40,000 bases of DNA, taken from Roseomonas genomospecies 6. GTDB taxonomy: Bacteria > Pseudomonadota > Alphaproteobacteria > Azospirillales > Azospirillaceae. The notes below the pieces were generated by a model. The model did no database searches. It worked only from the letters and a program-made list of their open reading frames with translations, and had not been told where the DNA came from. Below are positions 1-7,077 of this stretch, piece after piece (the stretch's first letter is position 1; each line of letters starts with the position of its first letter). Location: positions 44,366-84,365 of the forward strand of contig NZ_QOKW01000029.1 in NCBI RefSeq assembly GCF_008365375.1, in the 5' to 3' direction. The translations under genes were made by a program, and so were the position numbers.

Positions 1-1
1 C

Positions 2-145
2 GAGCACGTCACGGATACGGCCCGGCTCCTCGACTATTCGGTCATGACCACGCCGGGGCTGGTCATCGACGAGACGCTCAAGATGTCCGGCCGGTTGCCG
101 CGCCGCGAGGAAATCGTCGCATGGCTGAAGGAAGGCGCCCGTTAG
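2..145 (+). CDS. 3' fragment of a thioredoxin-fold redox-active disulfide protein (TM0996/MTH895-like); the gene starts left of the window
   Basis: Frame 2 reads EHVTDTARLLDYSVMTTPGLVIDETLKMSGRLPRREEIVAWLKEGAR*, with TAG at 143-145. The G/YxVMxTPxLVIDxxxxxxGRxPxxEEIxxWL tail is typical of the small thioredoxin-like proteins found in ars/permease loci. Recalled from memory. Confidence 0.55.
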   Translation, partial: EHVTDTARLLDYSVMTTPGLVIDETLKMSGRLPRREEIVAWLKEGAR

Positions 146-452
146 GCCGGGTCTCGGGAAGCAGTATACGCCTCGGCTGATGACGGCCCCGATCGGTAGC
201 GGTCCTCGGGATGAGGCGACGGCGGCAAAAGCGCCGAGCATCCGTTCCGAGTGAGCGGCGGACGCCGGTGTTCCCGGCTTCTTGCCGGCCAGGGCCACCG
301 GCCAGACGGTGATCGGAGTTCAGCCCTGAGCGGCCATCGCCAACGGCGTGTTCAGCCGTGGCCACGCTGCGGTGTGCACGATCCGTGGCCGCAGCCTCCG
401 ATGGAGATGACGGAACGCGATCGCTGGTCGCCCTTGCCATCCACCCTACGCT

Positions 453-473
453 TGGTCAGTGTGCACACGACCA
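453..473. promoter_or_regulatory. Near-perfect palindrome upstream of arsH; candidate operator
   Basis: TGGTCaGTGTGCACACGACCA. The core GTGTGCACAC (459-468) is a perfect 10-bp palindrome, about 30 bp upstream of the arsH ATG at 501. Confidence 0.25.
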
Positions 474-500
474 GCCAAGAGGACGTTCCGCGAGCTCTGA

Positions 501-1274
501 ATGACCGACTTCGAAACACCCGGGAGCGATGCCTTTCCCAGCTTGGACGAGCAATTCCTCGACGTCCCGGACCTGGGAAAGCTCGCTCCGGAGCGCCCAT
601 CGACGCACCCACCGCGCATCCTGCTGCTGTACGGTTCGCTCCGCGAGCGCTCCTACAGCCGCTTTCTCGCCGAGGAGGCGGCCCGCCTGCTGCGCCGCAT
701 GGGCGCGGAGACGCGGATCTTCGATCCGCGCGACCTGCCGCTGCCGGACAGCGTGCCCGCCGACCATCCCAAGGTGGTGGAATTGCGGGCACTGTCGCAG
801 TGGTCGGAGGGACAGGTCTGGGTGAGCCCGGAACGCCACGGCACCATCACCGGCATCCTGAAATGCCAGATCGACTGGCTGCCGCTGGAGAGCGGCGGTG
901 TCCGGCCGACGCAGGGGCGGACGCTGGCGGTGATGCAGGTGTCCGGCGGCTCGCAGTCCTTCAACGCGGTCAACGCCATGCGGGTGCTGGGACGCTGGAT
1001 GAGGATGGTGACCATCCCGAACCAGAGCAGCGTGCCCAAGGCGTTCCAGGAGTTCGACGAGGCCGGGCGCATGAAGCCGTCGCCCTACTACGACCGCGTC
1101 GTGGACGTCATGGAGGAACTCTACAAGTTCACGCTGCTCGTCCGCGACCGCAGCGACTACCTGACCGACCGCTACAGCGAGCGCCGCGAGGCAGCGCGCA
1201 AGGCCGCGAGCGAGGCCGCGAGCGAGGCGCAGACCTTGGCGGCCGCCGCGATGAGTGGCGAGACGAACGCGTAG
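501..1274 (+). CDS. arsH: ArsH, NADPH-dependent FMN reductase of arsenic-resistance loci
   Basis: 257 aa. Long blocks match ArsH as I know it: [92 protein letters not shown]. Confidence 0.9.
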   Translation: MTDFETPGSDAFPSLDEQFLDVPDLGKLAPERPSTHPPRILLLYGSLRERSYSRFLAEEAARLLRRMGAETRIFDPRDLPLPDSVPADHPKVVELRALSQWSEGQVWVSPERHGTITGILKCQIDWLPLESGGVRPTQGRTLAVMQVSGGSQSFNAVNAMRVLGRWMRMVTIPNQSSVPKAFQEFDEAGRMKPSPYYDRVVDVMEELYKFTLLVRDRSDYLTDRYSERREAARKAASEAASEAQTLAAAAMSGETNA

Positions 1275-1407
1275 CGCTCCATCCCGGGCGGCGCGGACGC
1301 CGTCGCTGGCGGCGCCCTGGACGGTCGCGGGACGCACCCGGTCGCAGGCCCATATGGTGCGGTCTTTCGAGAAGTATCGAAATAAGCCTTGACGGGCGAA
1401 CCGCTCC

Positions 1408-1437
1408 TTGTTATTCCGATATTCATCGAAATAACAA
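1408..1437. promoter_or_regulatory. Inverted repeat TTGTTATT-N14-AATAACAA in an AT-rich patch upstream of the flavoprotein gene
   Basis: The 8-bp arms lie at 1408-1415 and 1430-1437. ATCGAAATAA also occurs as a direct repeat at 1376-1385 and 1425-1434, and a TTGACG hexamer lies at 1389-1394. Confidence 0.3.
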
Positions 1438-1509
1438 CGGCGGTCGCGCCGGACGGCCCCGGCGGTGCAGCCAGCACCTTGAGTCGGCGTTCGGAACCCC
1501 TCTGCGCCC

Positions 1510-1533
1510 TATAATTACGGTATTCGCCGTAAT
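1510..1533. promoter_or_regulatory. Consensus TATAAT hexamer overlapped by the inverted repeat ATTACGG-N6-CCGTAAT; candidate promoter/operator
   Basis: TATAAT lies at 1510-1515. The IR arms lie at 1514-1520 and 1527-1533, about 50 bp upstream of the CDS at 1581. I could not find a convincing -35. Confidence 0.3.
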
Positions 1534-1580
1534 ACGGTATCAGGGAAAGCGTCTCGCCTCGGCAACCCAAGGGGAGAAGG

Positions 1581-3029
1581 ATGATGACGAGCAGCACGCT
1601 TCCCGTTGTTGTGATCGGAGCCGGACCGGTGGGGTTGGCCGCTGCGGCGCACCTGCTGGCCCGCGGGGTTCCCCCGCTGGTGCTCGAGGCGGCGAGCGAG
1701 GTCGCGGCGAACATGCGCGACTGGGGCCATGTCCGCCTCTTCTCGCCGTGGCGCTACAACATCGACACGCAGGCCCGGTCGCTTCTGACGGGCTCCGGCT
1801 GGACGGCTCCGGACCTCGACACCATCCCGACCGGCCGGGAGGTTGTCGATCGGTATCTCCGGCCGCTGGCGGCGCTGCCCGAGATGGCCTCCCGGCTCCG
1901 GTTCGGCCACCGCGTCACGGCCATCAGCCGCCAACACATGGACAAGGTGAAGACCGGCGGCCGCGACGCGTCGCCTTTCCTGCTTCGCGTCGAGACGCCG
2001 GATGGGGAAACCGAGATCCTGGCCGCCGCCGTCCTCGACGCCTCCGGCACGTGGTCGACGCCGAACCCCATGGGCGCCAACGGCCTTCCGGCCATCGGGG
2101 AGACGGCTCACGCCGCTCGAATCCTCTACGGCATCCCGGACGCGACCGGGGGCCAGCGCAGCCGGTACGCGGGCAAGCGGACGGTCGTGGTCGGCTCCGG
2201 TCACTCGGCCGCCAACAGCCTGTTGGACCTGGCGCGCCTGGCCGGGCAGGAGCCGGGGACCGAGGTGGTGTGGGCCGTGCGCGGCACCGACCTGCGCCGG
2301 GCCTTCGGCGGCGGCGAGGCCGATGCCCTGGCGGCGCGCGGCGCCCTCGGTGCGGCGCTGCGGACCCTGCACGCCAGCGGCAGACTGGACGTGGTGAGCG
2401 GCTTCCGGGTGGCGACGGTCGCGACGGAAAGCGGCAAGCTGGTGCTCGTCGGTGCCGACGGTCGCCGCATCGAGAACCTCGACGAGATCGTCGTCGCGAC
2501 CGGCCAACGACCCGATCTGGCGCCCCTGCGGGAGCTCCGGCTGAAGCTGGACCCCTGGCTGGAATGCAGCGAGGCGCTCGGGCCGCTCATCGACCCCAAC
2601 CTGCACAGTTGCGGCACCGTCCGGCCCCACGGCGTGCGTGAACTCTCCCATCCGGAGGCGGGGTTCTACACCGTCGGAATCAAGAGCTATGGCCGCGCCC
2701 CGACGTTCCTGATGGCGACCGGGTACGAACAGGTGCGCTCGATCGCCGCCTTCCTGGCCGGGGACATCCAGGCTGCCCACGACGTGCAACTGGACCTGCC
2801 GGAGACGGGCGTGTGCAGCAGCGATCTGGGGCCAGAGCCACTGGCGGCGGCAGCGGGGAAGTGCTGCGGCGGCCCCGCCCCCGCGTCGGCCGACGCCTGC
2901 TGCATGGAGGATGCCGCCAGGAAGTCCGCGGGCGCGGTGGGCTGCGGCTGCGGGTCGCCTGCGGCCCGGGCCGGGGGCCAGATCGGCAAGCCCGCGATGC
3001 CGGGCTGCTGCGGGTCGAGCCTCGCATGA
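1581..3029 (+). CDS. FAD/NAD(P)-binding pyridine-nucleotide-disulfide-type oxidoreductase (ArsO-like) with a Cys-rich C-terminal tail
   Basis: 482 aa. It has an N-terminal GxGxxG motif (VVVIGAGPVGLAAAAHL) and a second dinucleotide motif (VVVGSGHSAANSL). RBS GGGGAGAAGG lies upstream. The last ~75 aa carry 9 Cys in VC, CC, CC, CGC and CC clusters. Confidence 0.7.
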   Translation: MMTSSTLPVVVIGAGPVGLAAAAHLLARGVPPLVLEAASEVAANMRDWGHVRLFSPWRYNIDTQARSLLTGSGWTAPDLDTIPTGREVVDRYLRPLAALPEMASRLRFGHRVTAISRQHMDKVKTGGRDASPFLLRVETPDGETEILAAAVLDASGTWSTPNPMGANGLPAIGETAHAARILYGIPDATGGQRSRYAGKRTVVVGSGHSAANSLLDLARLAGQEPGTEVVWAVRGTDLRRAFGGGEADALAARGALGAALRTLHASGRLDVVSGFRVATVATESGKLVLVGADGRRIENLDEIVVATGQRPDLAPLRELRLKLDPWLECSEALGPLIDPNLHSCGTVRPHGVRELSHPEAGFYTVGIKSYGRAPTFLMATGYEQVRSIAAFLAGDIQAAHDVQLDLPETGVCSSDLGPEPLAAAAGKCCGGPAPASADACCMEDAARKSAGAVGCGCGSPAARAGGQIGKPAMPGCCGSSLA

Positions 3030-3170
3030 CCGCGACGGCAAAGGCCGGGGCGGCGATCGCCCCGGCCCCCGGCCCGCTGCGGACCCGCCTCATCGCCGGT
3101 CTCGGGTTGTCGCAGATCGTTTCCTGGGGCACGCTGGTCTACAGCTTCCCGCTGCTGGCGGAGCCGACCA
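3026..3170 (+). pseudogene. Probable 5' remnant of an MFS-type transporter gene
   Basis: ATGA overlaps the upstream stop (ATG 3026, TGA 3027-3029). The first ~47 codons (MTATAKAGAAIAPAPGPLRTRLIAGLGLSQIVSWGTLVYSFPLLAEP) look like an MFS N-terminus plus TM1. After that the frame becomes R/P/T-rich, with no further TM segments before its stop at 3538. Confidence 0.35.
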
Positions 3171-3639
3171 TGCGGGCGGCGCGCGCGCCATGGACGGACG
3201 CCGGAACCGCGCCGGAACCGACCACAGCAGTCCACGCAAGAAGCGCCACTGACGCCGAGCCCTTTAACGGTTCACGGTATCCCAAACGGACCGTGACGCG
3301 GCGCGGCGGCGGCCATTCCCGGTCAAACGCCGTTACCCGACGCCATTTGTCCGTTCCTCAGACCCGCCGCCCGGGGGCCTCCCTGCGCGGCATCCGTCGT
3401 CCGTGCCCCTGCCCCTGCCCCGTCCGCGCGATTGAGCCGCTGCCGCGTCGGTGGTACACAAGCCGCAAGGTCACTGGAGGCCTTTCCCCGCCTGCGTTTG
3501 GCGGTTGTGATGGGCTGTCCCGCCCCATCCGCCACTGAGCTTCGGGGCCTCGGGCGCGAACAGACCTCGTAAATCCATACGAGCGTAACGCTTCCTTCAA
3601 AACACTGTGCTTCTTTGAAGCATCGGGCATGGAGGCGGC

Positions 3640-4536
3640 ATGCGGATTTTGGTGGTGGACGATTCGCGCGTGGCGCGCACGGTGCTGTGCCGGCAACTTG
3701 AGGGCTTCGGCCATCAGACGGCTTTCGCCACGAGCGGTGCGGAGGCGTTGGACCGCTGCCGTGCCGAGCCCTTCGATATCGCGTTGGTGGACTTCCGCGT
3801 CGGCGATATGGAAGGCGTGGAGGCGTGCTGGCACCTGCGCGCGGCGCAGAGGGAGAGGCACCTTTACCTCATGCTGATGATTCCCGGCAGCATCACCAAC
3901 CAGTTCTTCGAGGTGGTGGAGAACGGGGCCGACGAGTTCCTTCGCAAGCCGTTGGACTTGACGTGGTTGCGTGCCCGGTTGCTGGCCGCTTCCCGCGTGG
4001 TGGATATGCAGCGCCAGTTGGAACGCCTTGCAACCACCGACTCCCTGACCGGTGCGCTGAACCGCGGTCGCTTCATGGTTCGGGCGGGAGAGGAGGTGGC
4101 CCGGGCGCAACGTCACGGCCAGCCGCTGTCGGCAATCATGCTGGACATCGACCACTTCAAGAAGGTCAACGACACCTACGGCCACGCCACCGGCGACGAA
4201 GCGATCCGTGCCGTCGTCCGCGTCTGCCGCTCGATGGTGCGCGGCGCGGACGTGCTGGGCCGCCTGGGCGGCGAGGAGTTCGCCATCCTGCTGCCCGACA
4301 CGCCGCCTCAGGGCGCGGCGCAACTGGCCGAGCGACTGCGCCGGCTGCTGGCGGAAGCCGAAGTGCGCATGCCCGGCGGCACGGGCGCGGCTTTGACGAT
4401 CACCGTCAGCATCGGCGTCAGTGCGCTGCGGCCAGGAGAAGGAGCGGTCAGTGCATTGCTGGCGCGCGCGGACGAGGCGTTGTACCGCGCGAAGAATGGC
4501 GGGCGGAATCGGGTGGTGTGCGACGCGGCGGTGTAG
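3640..4536 (+). CDS. Response regulator with REC receiver and GGDEF diguanylate cyclase output
   Basis: 298 aa. REC: MRILVVDDS...ALVDFRVGDM...LRKPLD. GGDEF: LTGALNRGRF, DIDHFKKVNDTYGHATGDEAI, active-site RLGGEEFAILL, ALYRAKNGGRNR. RBS GGAGG lies upstream. Confidence 0.9.
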   Translation: MRILVVDDSRVARTVLCRQLEGFGHQTAFATSGAEALDRCRAEPFDIALVDFRVGDMEGVEACWHLRAAQRERHLYLMLMIPGSITNQFFEVVENGADEFLRKPLDLTWLRARLLAASRVVDMQRQLERLATTDSLTGALNRGRFMVRAGEEVARAQRHGQPLSAIMLDIDHFKKVNDTYGHATGDEAIRAVVRVCRSMVRGADVLGRLGGEEFAILLPDTPPQGAAQLAERLRRLLAEAEVRMPGGTGAALTITVSIGVSALRPGEGAVSALLARADEALYRAKNGGRNRVVCDAAV

Positions 4537-4635
4537 GCGGGTTGCGGCCTTCCGTTCCACGGTCAATCAACGATTCGAACCGCGCCGGCTTGTCGGCACG
4601 CCCTTGCGCCTGGCGCTCGCGGCGAGAGCGGTCTC

Positions 4636-4854
4636 TTACGCGCCCTGTTGCTTGAACCGCTTGCCCACCGTGCATTTGATGCGCTGAAGCTCGTACTTGG
4701 GATGGTCGTTGATCCACTTGGCGCTCTCGATCTGACCGGCGATCGGGCAGCTTGACATGGTCAGGGGTTCGTCGTCGGGGACCATCGGGCTCACCGTCCG
4801 GCACTGGGTCGGATCGGACGCCAAGCAGAAAATCATCGACAAGGTAACAAGCAT
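4636..4854 (-). CDS. Small (72 aa) 4-Cys hypothetical protein; paralog of 6380-6574
   Basis: Internal ATG at 4854 with GGAG 8 nt upstream. Sequence: MLVTLSMIFCLASDPTQCRTVSPMVPDDEPLTMSSCPIAGQIESAKWINDHPKYELQRIKC... It shares the CLAxxPxQC...C...Wxx(D/E)HPK(Y/W)xxxRx(K/R)C pattern with the second copy. Confidence 0.55.
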   Translation of the reverse strand: MLVTLSMIFCLASDPTQCRTVSPMVPDDEPLTMSSCPIAGQIESAKWINDHPKYELQRIKCTVGKRFKQQGA

Positions 4855-5235
4855 CGGGCGCTCCAAAGTGCTACGGCACACATCTGCCAAGGTCGAATGG
4901 ATCGGTTTCAGCAAGCCGCATGCCATGCCCATGACAGGGATAGGATGACGGGAAATCGGCTGCCCAAAAATGAGCCAAGCGACACACTCGCCGTTTTATT
5001 AGGCATCAATGGTTAAGCAATGCCTAAACGGCGGCAGCATGAGGGGCCGGAGGTGTAGGCGATCAACCAGAAGAACCGCGCGCGCCGAAGGGTTGCCTGC
5101 GCTACCCTGAGAAGCTCCGACCGCAGGCTTCCGGGGCGGCTGCGGTCCGGAAACTCGGCGCCTTCCGCAGCGATCCCGATTTATTTCGGGAACTTCAAGC
5201 CTTGCCCACCGGCGCTTGCAGGAGGGATCGGCACC

Positions 5236-6318
5236 GTGGAACCCATCCAGAGCGATCCAACCGGCGAACCAACCGCCCGGCACCGTCCGCCCGTCCATCT
5301 GCGCCCGCTCGGCTTGCTGCCGCACGGATTGTCCCTGCCCCACGCGCGCCCCTTGGCCGGCGGATGGCTCAGTTTCGACCGGTGCGAGGTTGCTCACCGA
5401 AACGGCAAGTTCGTGGAACGCCGTATCGTGGGGTTGGACGACCATCGCCATTGGGCCGTCGGGATGCGGACTCTGCTCGACCGGTTGTCGGCACCCCGCC
5501 CCGCCGTCGGAGGGCTGTCGCTCAACCGGCCCCGCATCATGGGAATTCTCAATGTCACGCCGGACAGCTTCTTCGATGGCGGGCTTCATGCCGACGAGGA
5601 GCGCGCGGTCGAGCATGGCCTTGCCATGATGAACGACGGCGCGGACATCATCGATGTCGGAGCGGAGTCCACCCGCCCCGGCGCGCGGCCCATTCCGGCG
5701 GAGGAGCAGATGCGCCGGGCCATCCCCGTGCTCGCGCGTCTGGTCCGTCACGGGGCGATCGTTTCCATCGACACCCGCAGCGCCGCCGTCATGCGTGCCG
5801 CGCTGGACGCCGGAGCGACGATTCTCAACGACGTCTCGGCGCTGAGCCACGATCCGGACTCCCTCGGCGTCGCCGCGACCTCCACCGCGACCGTGGTTCT
5901 GATGCACATGCGCGGCGTTCCGGAGACCATGAACGCGGCCCCGGCCTACGTGGACACGGCGTTGGACGTCTTCGACGAGATCGAGCATCGCCTGCATGCC
6001 TGCGAAGGGGCGGGGATTCCGCGCGGTCGCATTCTCGTCGATCCGGGCATCGGCTTTGCCAAGACGATGACGCAAGGCGCATCGGTCGCCCGTGCGCTGT
6101 CCCTTTTCCATGGCACCGGTTGCGGGGTGCTGGTCGGCTTCTCGCGCAAGGGGCTCGTCAAGCGATGGGCCGACGGAACCGGGCCTGACGAGCGGCTTTC
6201 CGGCTCGCTCGCGGCGGCTTTGGCCGCATTCTCGCAAGGGGTGCAGATCGTGCGCGTCCATGACGTCGCGGCAACGGCGCAGGCGCGCGATGTCTGGGAA
6301 GCGTTCACATCCCGATGA
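5236..6318 (+). CDS. folP: Dihydropteroate synthase
   Basis: Motifs: IMGILNVTPDSFFDGG, DIIDVGAESTRPGA, SIDT, ILNDVSAL, VLMHMRG, ILVDPGIGFAKT, SRKG, VRVHDV. The N-terminal LRPLGLL...LAGGWLSF extension is common in alphaproteobacterial FolP. The GTG start at 5236 is tentative. Confidence 0.85.
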   Translation: MEPIQSDPTGEPTARHRPPVHLRPLGLLPHGLSLPHARPLAGGWLSFDRCEVAHRNGKFVERRIVGLDDHRHWAVGMRTLLDRLSAPRPAVGGLSLNRPRIMGILNVTPDSFFDGGLHADEERAVEHGLAMMNDGADIIDVGAESTRPGARPIPAEEQMRRAIPVLARLVRHGAIVSIDTRSAAVMRAALDAGATILNDVSALSHDPDSLGVAATSTATVVLMHMRGVPETMNAAPAYVDTALDVFDEIEHRLHACEGAGIPRGRILVDPGIGFAKTMTQGASVARALSLFHGTGCGVLVGFSRKGLVKRWADGTGPDERLSGSLAAALAAFSQGVQIVRVHDVAATAQARDVWEAFTSR

Positions 6319-6379
6319 GGCTCATGGGACGGTCATCATACCGGCGGCGGCTGAGCGGCATCTCCGAACGCCGTCCGCA

Positions 6380-6574
6380 TCAGGCCCCGGGCTGTTCGCA
6401 CCGCCACTGACGAACGTTCCATTTGGGATGTTCCATCAGCCAATTCACGACATGGGCATAGCTGTTGCGCGTGCACGCGATCGATGTCGGAAACCGCTCG
6501 ATGGACGATGGACGCTCGATTGCGCATTGGTCCGGCTGCATGGCCAGACATATCACCAGAACCAGTTCAAACAT
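6380..6574 (-). CDS. Small (64 aa) 4-Cys hypothetical protein; paralog of 4636-4854
   Basis: ATG at 6574 with AGGAAG upstream. Sequence: MFELVLVICLAMQPDQCAIERPSSIERFPTSIACTRNSYAHVVNWLMEHPKWNVRQWRCEQPGA. Cys spacing and the HPKW motif are conserved with the first copy. Confidence 0.55.
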   Translation of the reverse strand: MFELVLVICLAMQPDQCAIERPSSIERFPTSIACTRNSYAHVVNWLMEHPKWNVRQWRCEQPGA

Positions 6575-6710
6575 GGATCGCTCTTCCTGTACGGGATGCC
6601 GGTCGCCAAGGCCGATGGAGACCGGAACAACGCTGTCAACAGGCGGCGCCGTGTTTTTCGTCGGCGAGGCGAAACACAAACCGGTCCTTGTTGCGCCGCC
6701 CTGAGCCACG

Positions 6711-6740
6711 CTGCTTTGCAGCAAATATTGCTGCTTTGCA
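6711..6740. promoter_or_regulatory. Direct repeat CTGCTTTGCA x2 enclosing the hairpin/IR GCAGCAA-ata-TTGCTGC
   Basis: Repeat copies lie at 6711-6720 and 6731-6740. The 7-bp arm IR lies at 6718-6734. The site sits at the GC-to-AT transition between the minus-strand small ORF and xoxF. Confidence 0.3.
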
Positions 6741-6879
6741 CAACAAAAACTCCGAAACTGAAAATAAATAAGCCAAAAAATTTCATTTCAAAGGATTATC
6801 TACTTACCTCCTATTTGCGAGTGCTTGCGACGAAAACTGCGATAAGCAGACTGTTTTGCGTTTTCTATTCGGCAGAGCC

Positions 6880-6908
6880 TTGACGAGAACATGGTCCCAA
6901 TATAGCAT
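6880..6908 (+). promoter_or_regulatory. Candidate sigma70-type promoter for xoxF
   Basis: TTGACG (6880-6885), then either a 15-nt spacer to TATAGC (6901-6906) or a 17-nt spacer to TAGCAT (6903-6908), inside the AT-rich stretch. Pattern match only. Confidence 0.3.
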
Positions 6909-6932
6909 TAAGTCCCAATTTAGCGCCACGTC

Positions 6933-6954
6933 TTCTGAATTTTTCAATTCAGAA
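6933..6954. promoter_or_regulatory. Perfect inverted repeat TTCTGAAT-N6-ATTCAGAA downstream of the candidate xoxF promoter
   Basis: The 8-bp arms lie at 6933-6940 and 6947-6954 and are exact reverse complements. The geometry is operator-like. Confidence 0.35.
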
Positions 6955-7011
6955 AGAGTCATTTCGCGCAACAACGCCCGTTTGCATTCGGTACTGCGCC
7001 AACAAGCACGA

Positions 7012-7043
7012 ACCCATTGGATTTGGGACCCATTGGTTTTGGG
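7012..7043. promoter_or_regulatory. Tandem 16-bp direct repeat ACCCATTGG(A/T)TTTGGG x2, 35 bp upstream of the xoxF ATG
   Basis: Units at 7012-7027 and 7028-7043 differ at one base. This could be a response-regulator half-site pair or a 5' UTR element. Confidence 0.4.
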
Positions 7044-7077
7044 GTTAACAAAAAGCGCCACCACGGGAGGGATCGTC

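Noticed and set aside
146-500. Possible decayed gene or mobile-element scar between the thioredoxin-fold fragment and arsH
   Set aside because: None of the six frames gives a recognisable protein. There are no terminal inverted repeats and no integrase or transposase remnants. It is treated as an intergenic region with one palindrome.
251-3041. Very long ORFs 251-2641 (+, 796 aa) and 1515-3041 (-, 508 aa) in the ORF track
   Set aside because: They overlap the well-supported arsH and flavoprotein frames. Their translations are Arg/Pro/Gly/Ala-rich with no recognisable motifs. This is typical of shadow ORFs, which stay open because stop codons are rare in ~70 percent GC DNA.
3358-4566. 402-aa minus-strand ORF antisense to the REC-GGDEF gene
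   Set aside because: The plus frame has complete REC and GGDEF motifs. The antisense frame has none.
4555-4590. tRNA-like T-arm string (gattcgaacc) downstream of the GGDEF gene
   Set aside because: The flanks cannot be folded into acceptor, D and anticodon arms, and there is no GTTC-type T-loop with matching stems. No tRNA was called anywhere in the window.
4855-5235. 380-bp spacer upstream of folP with the inverted repeat TTAGGCAT-N13-ATGCCTAA (about 4998-5027); considered as a riboswitch or sRNA
   Set aside because: I could not match it to any riboswitch consensus I know (THF, ZTP, SAM and others). There is only one short IR and no terminator-like structure before folP. The evidence is insufficient to call an RNA element.
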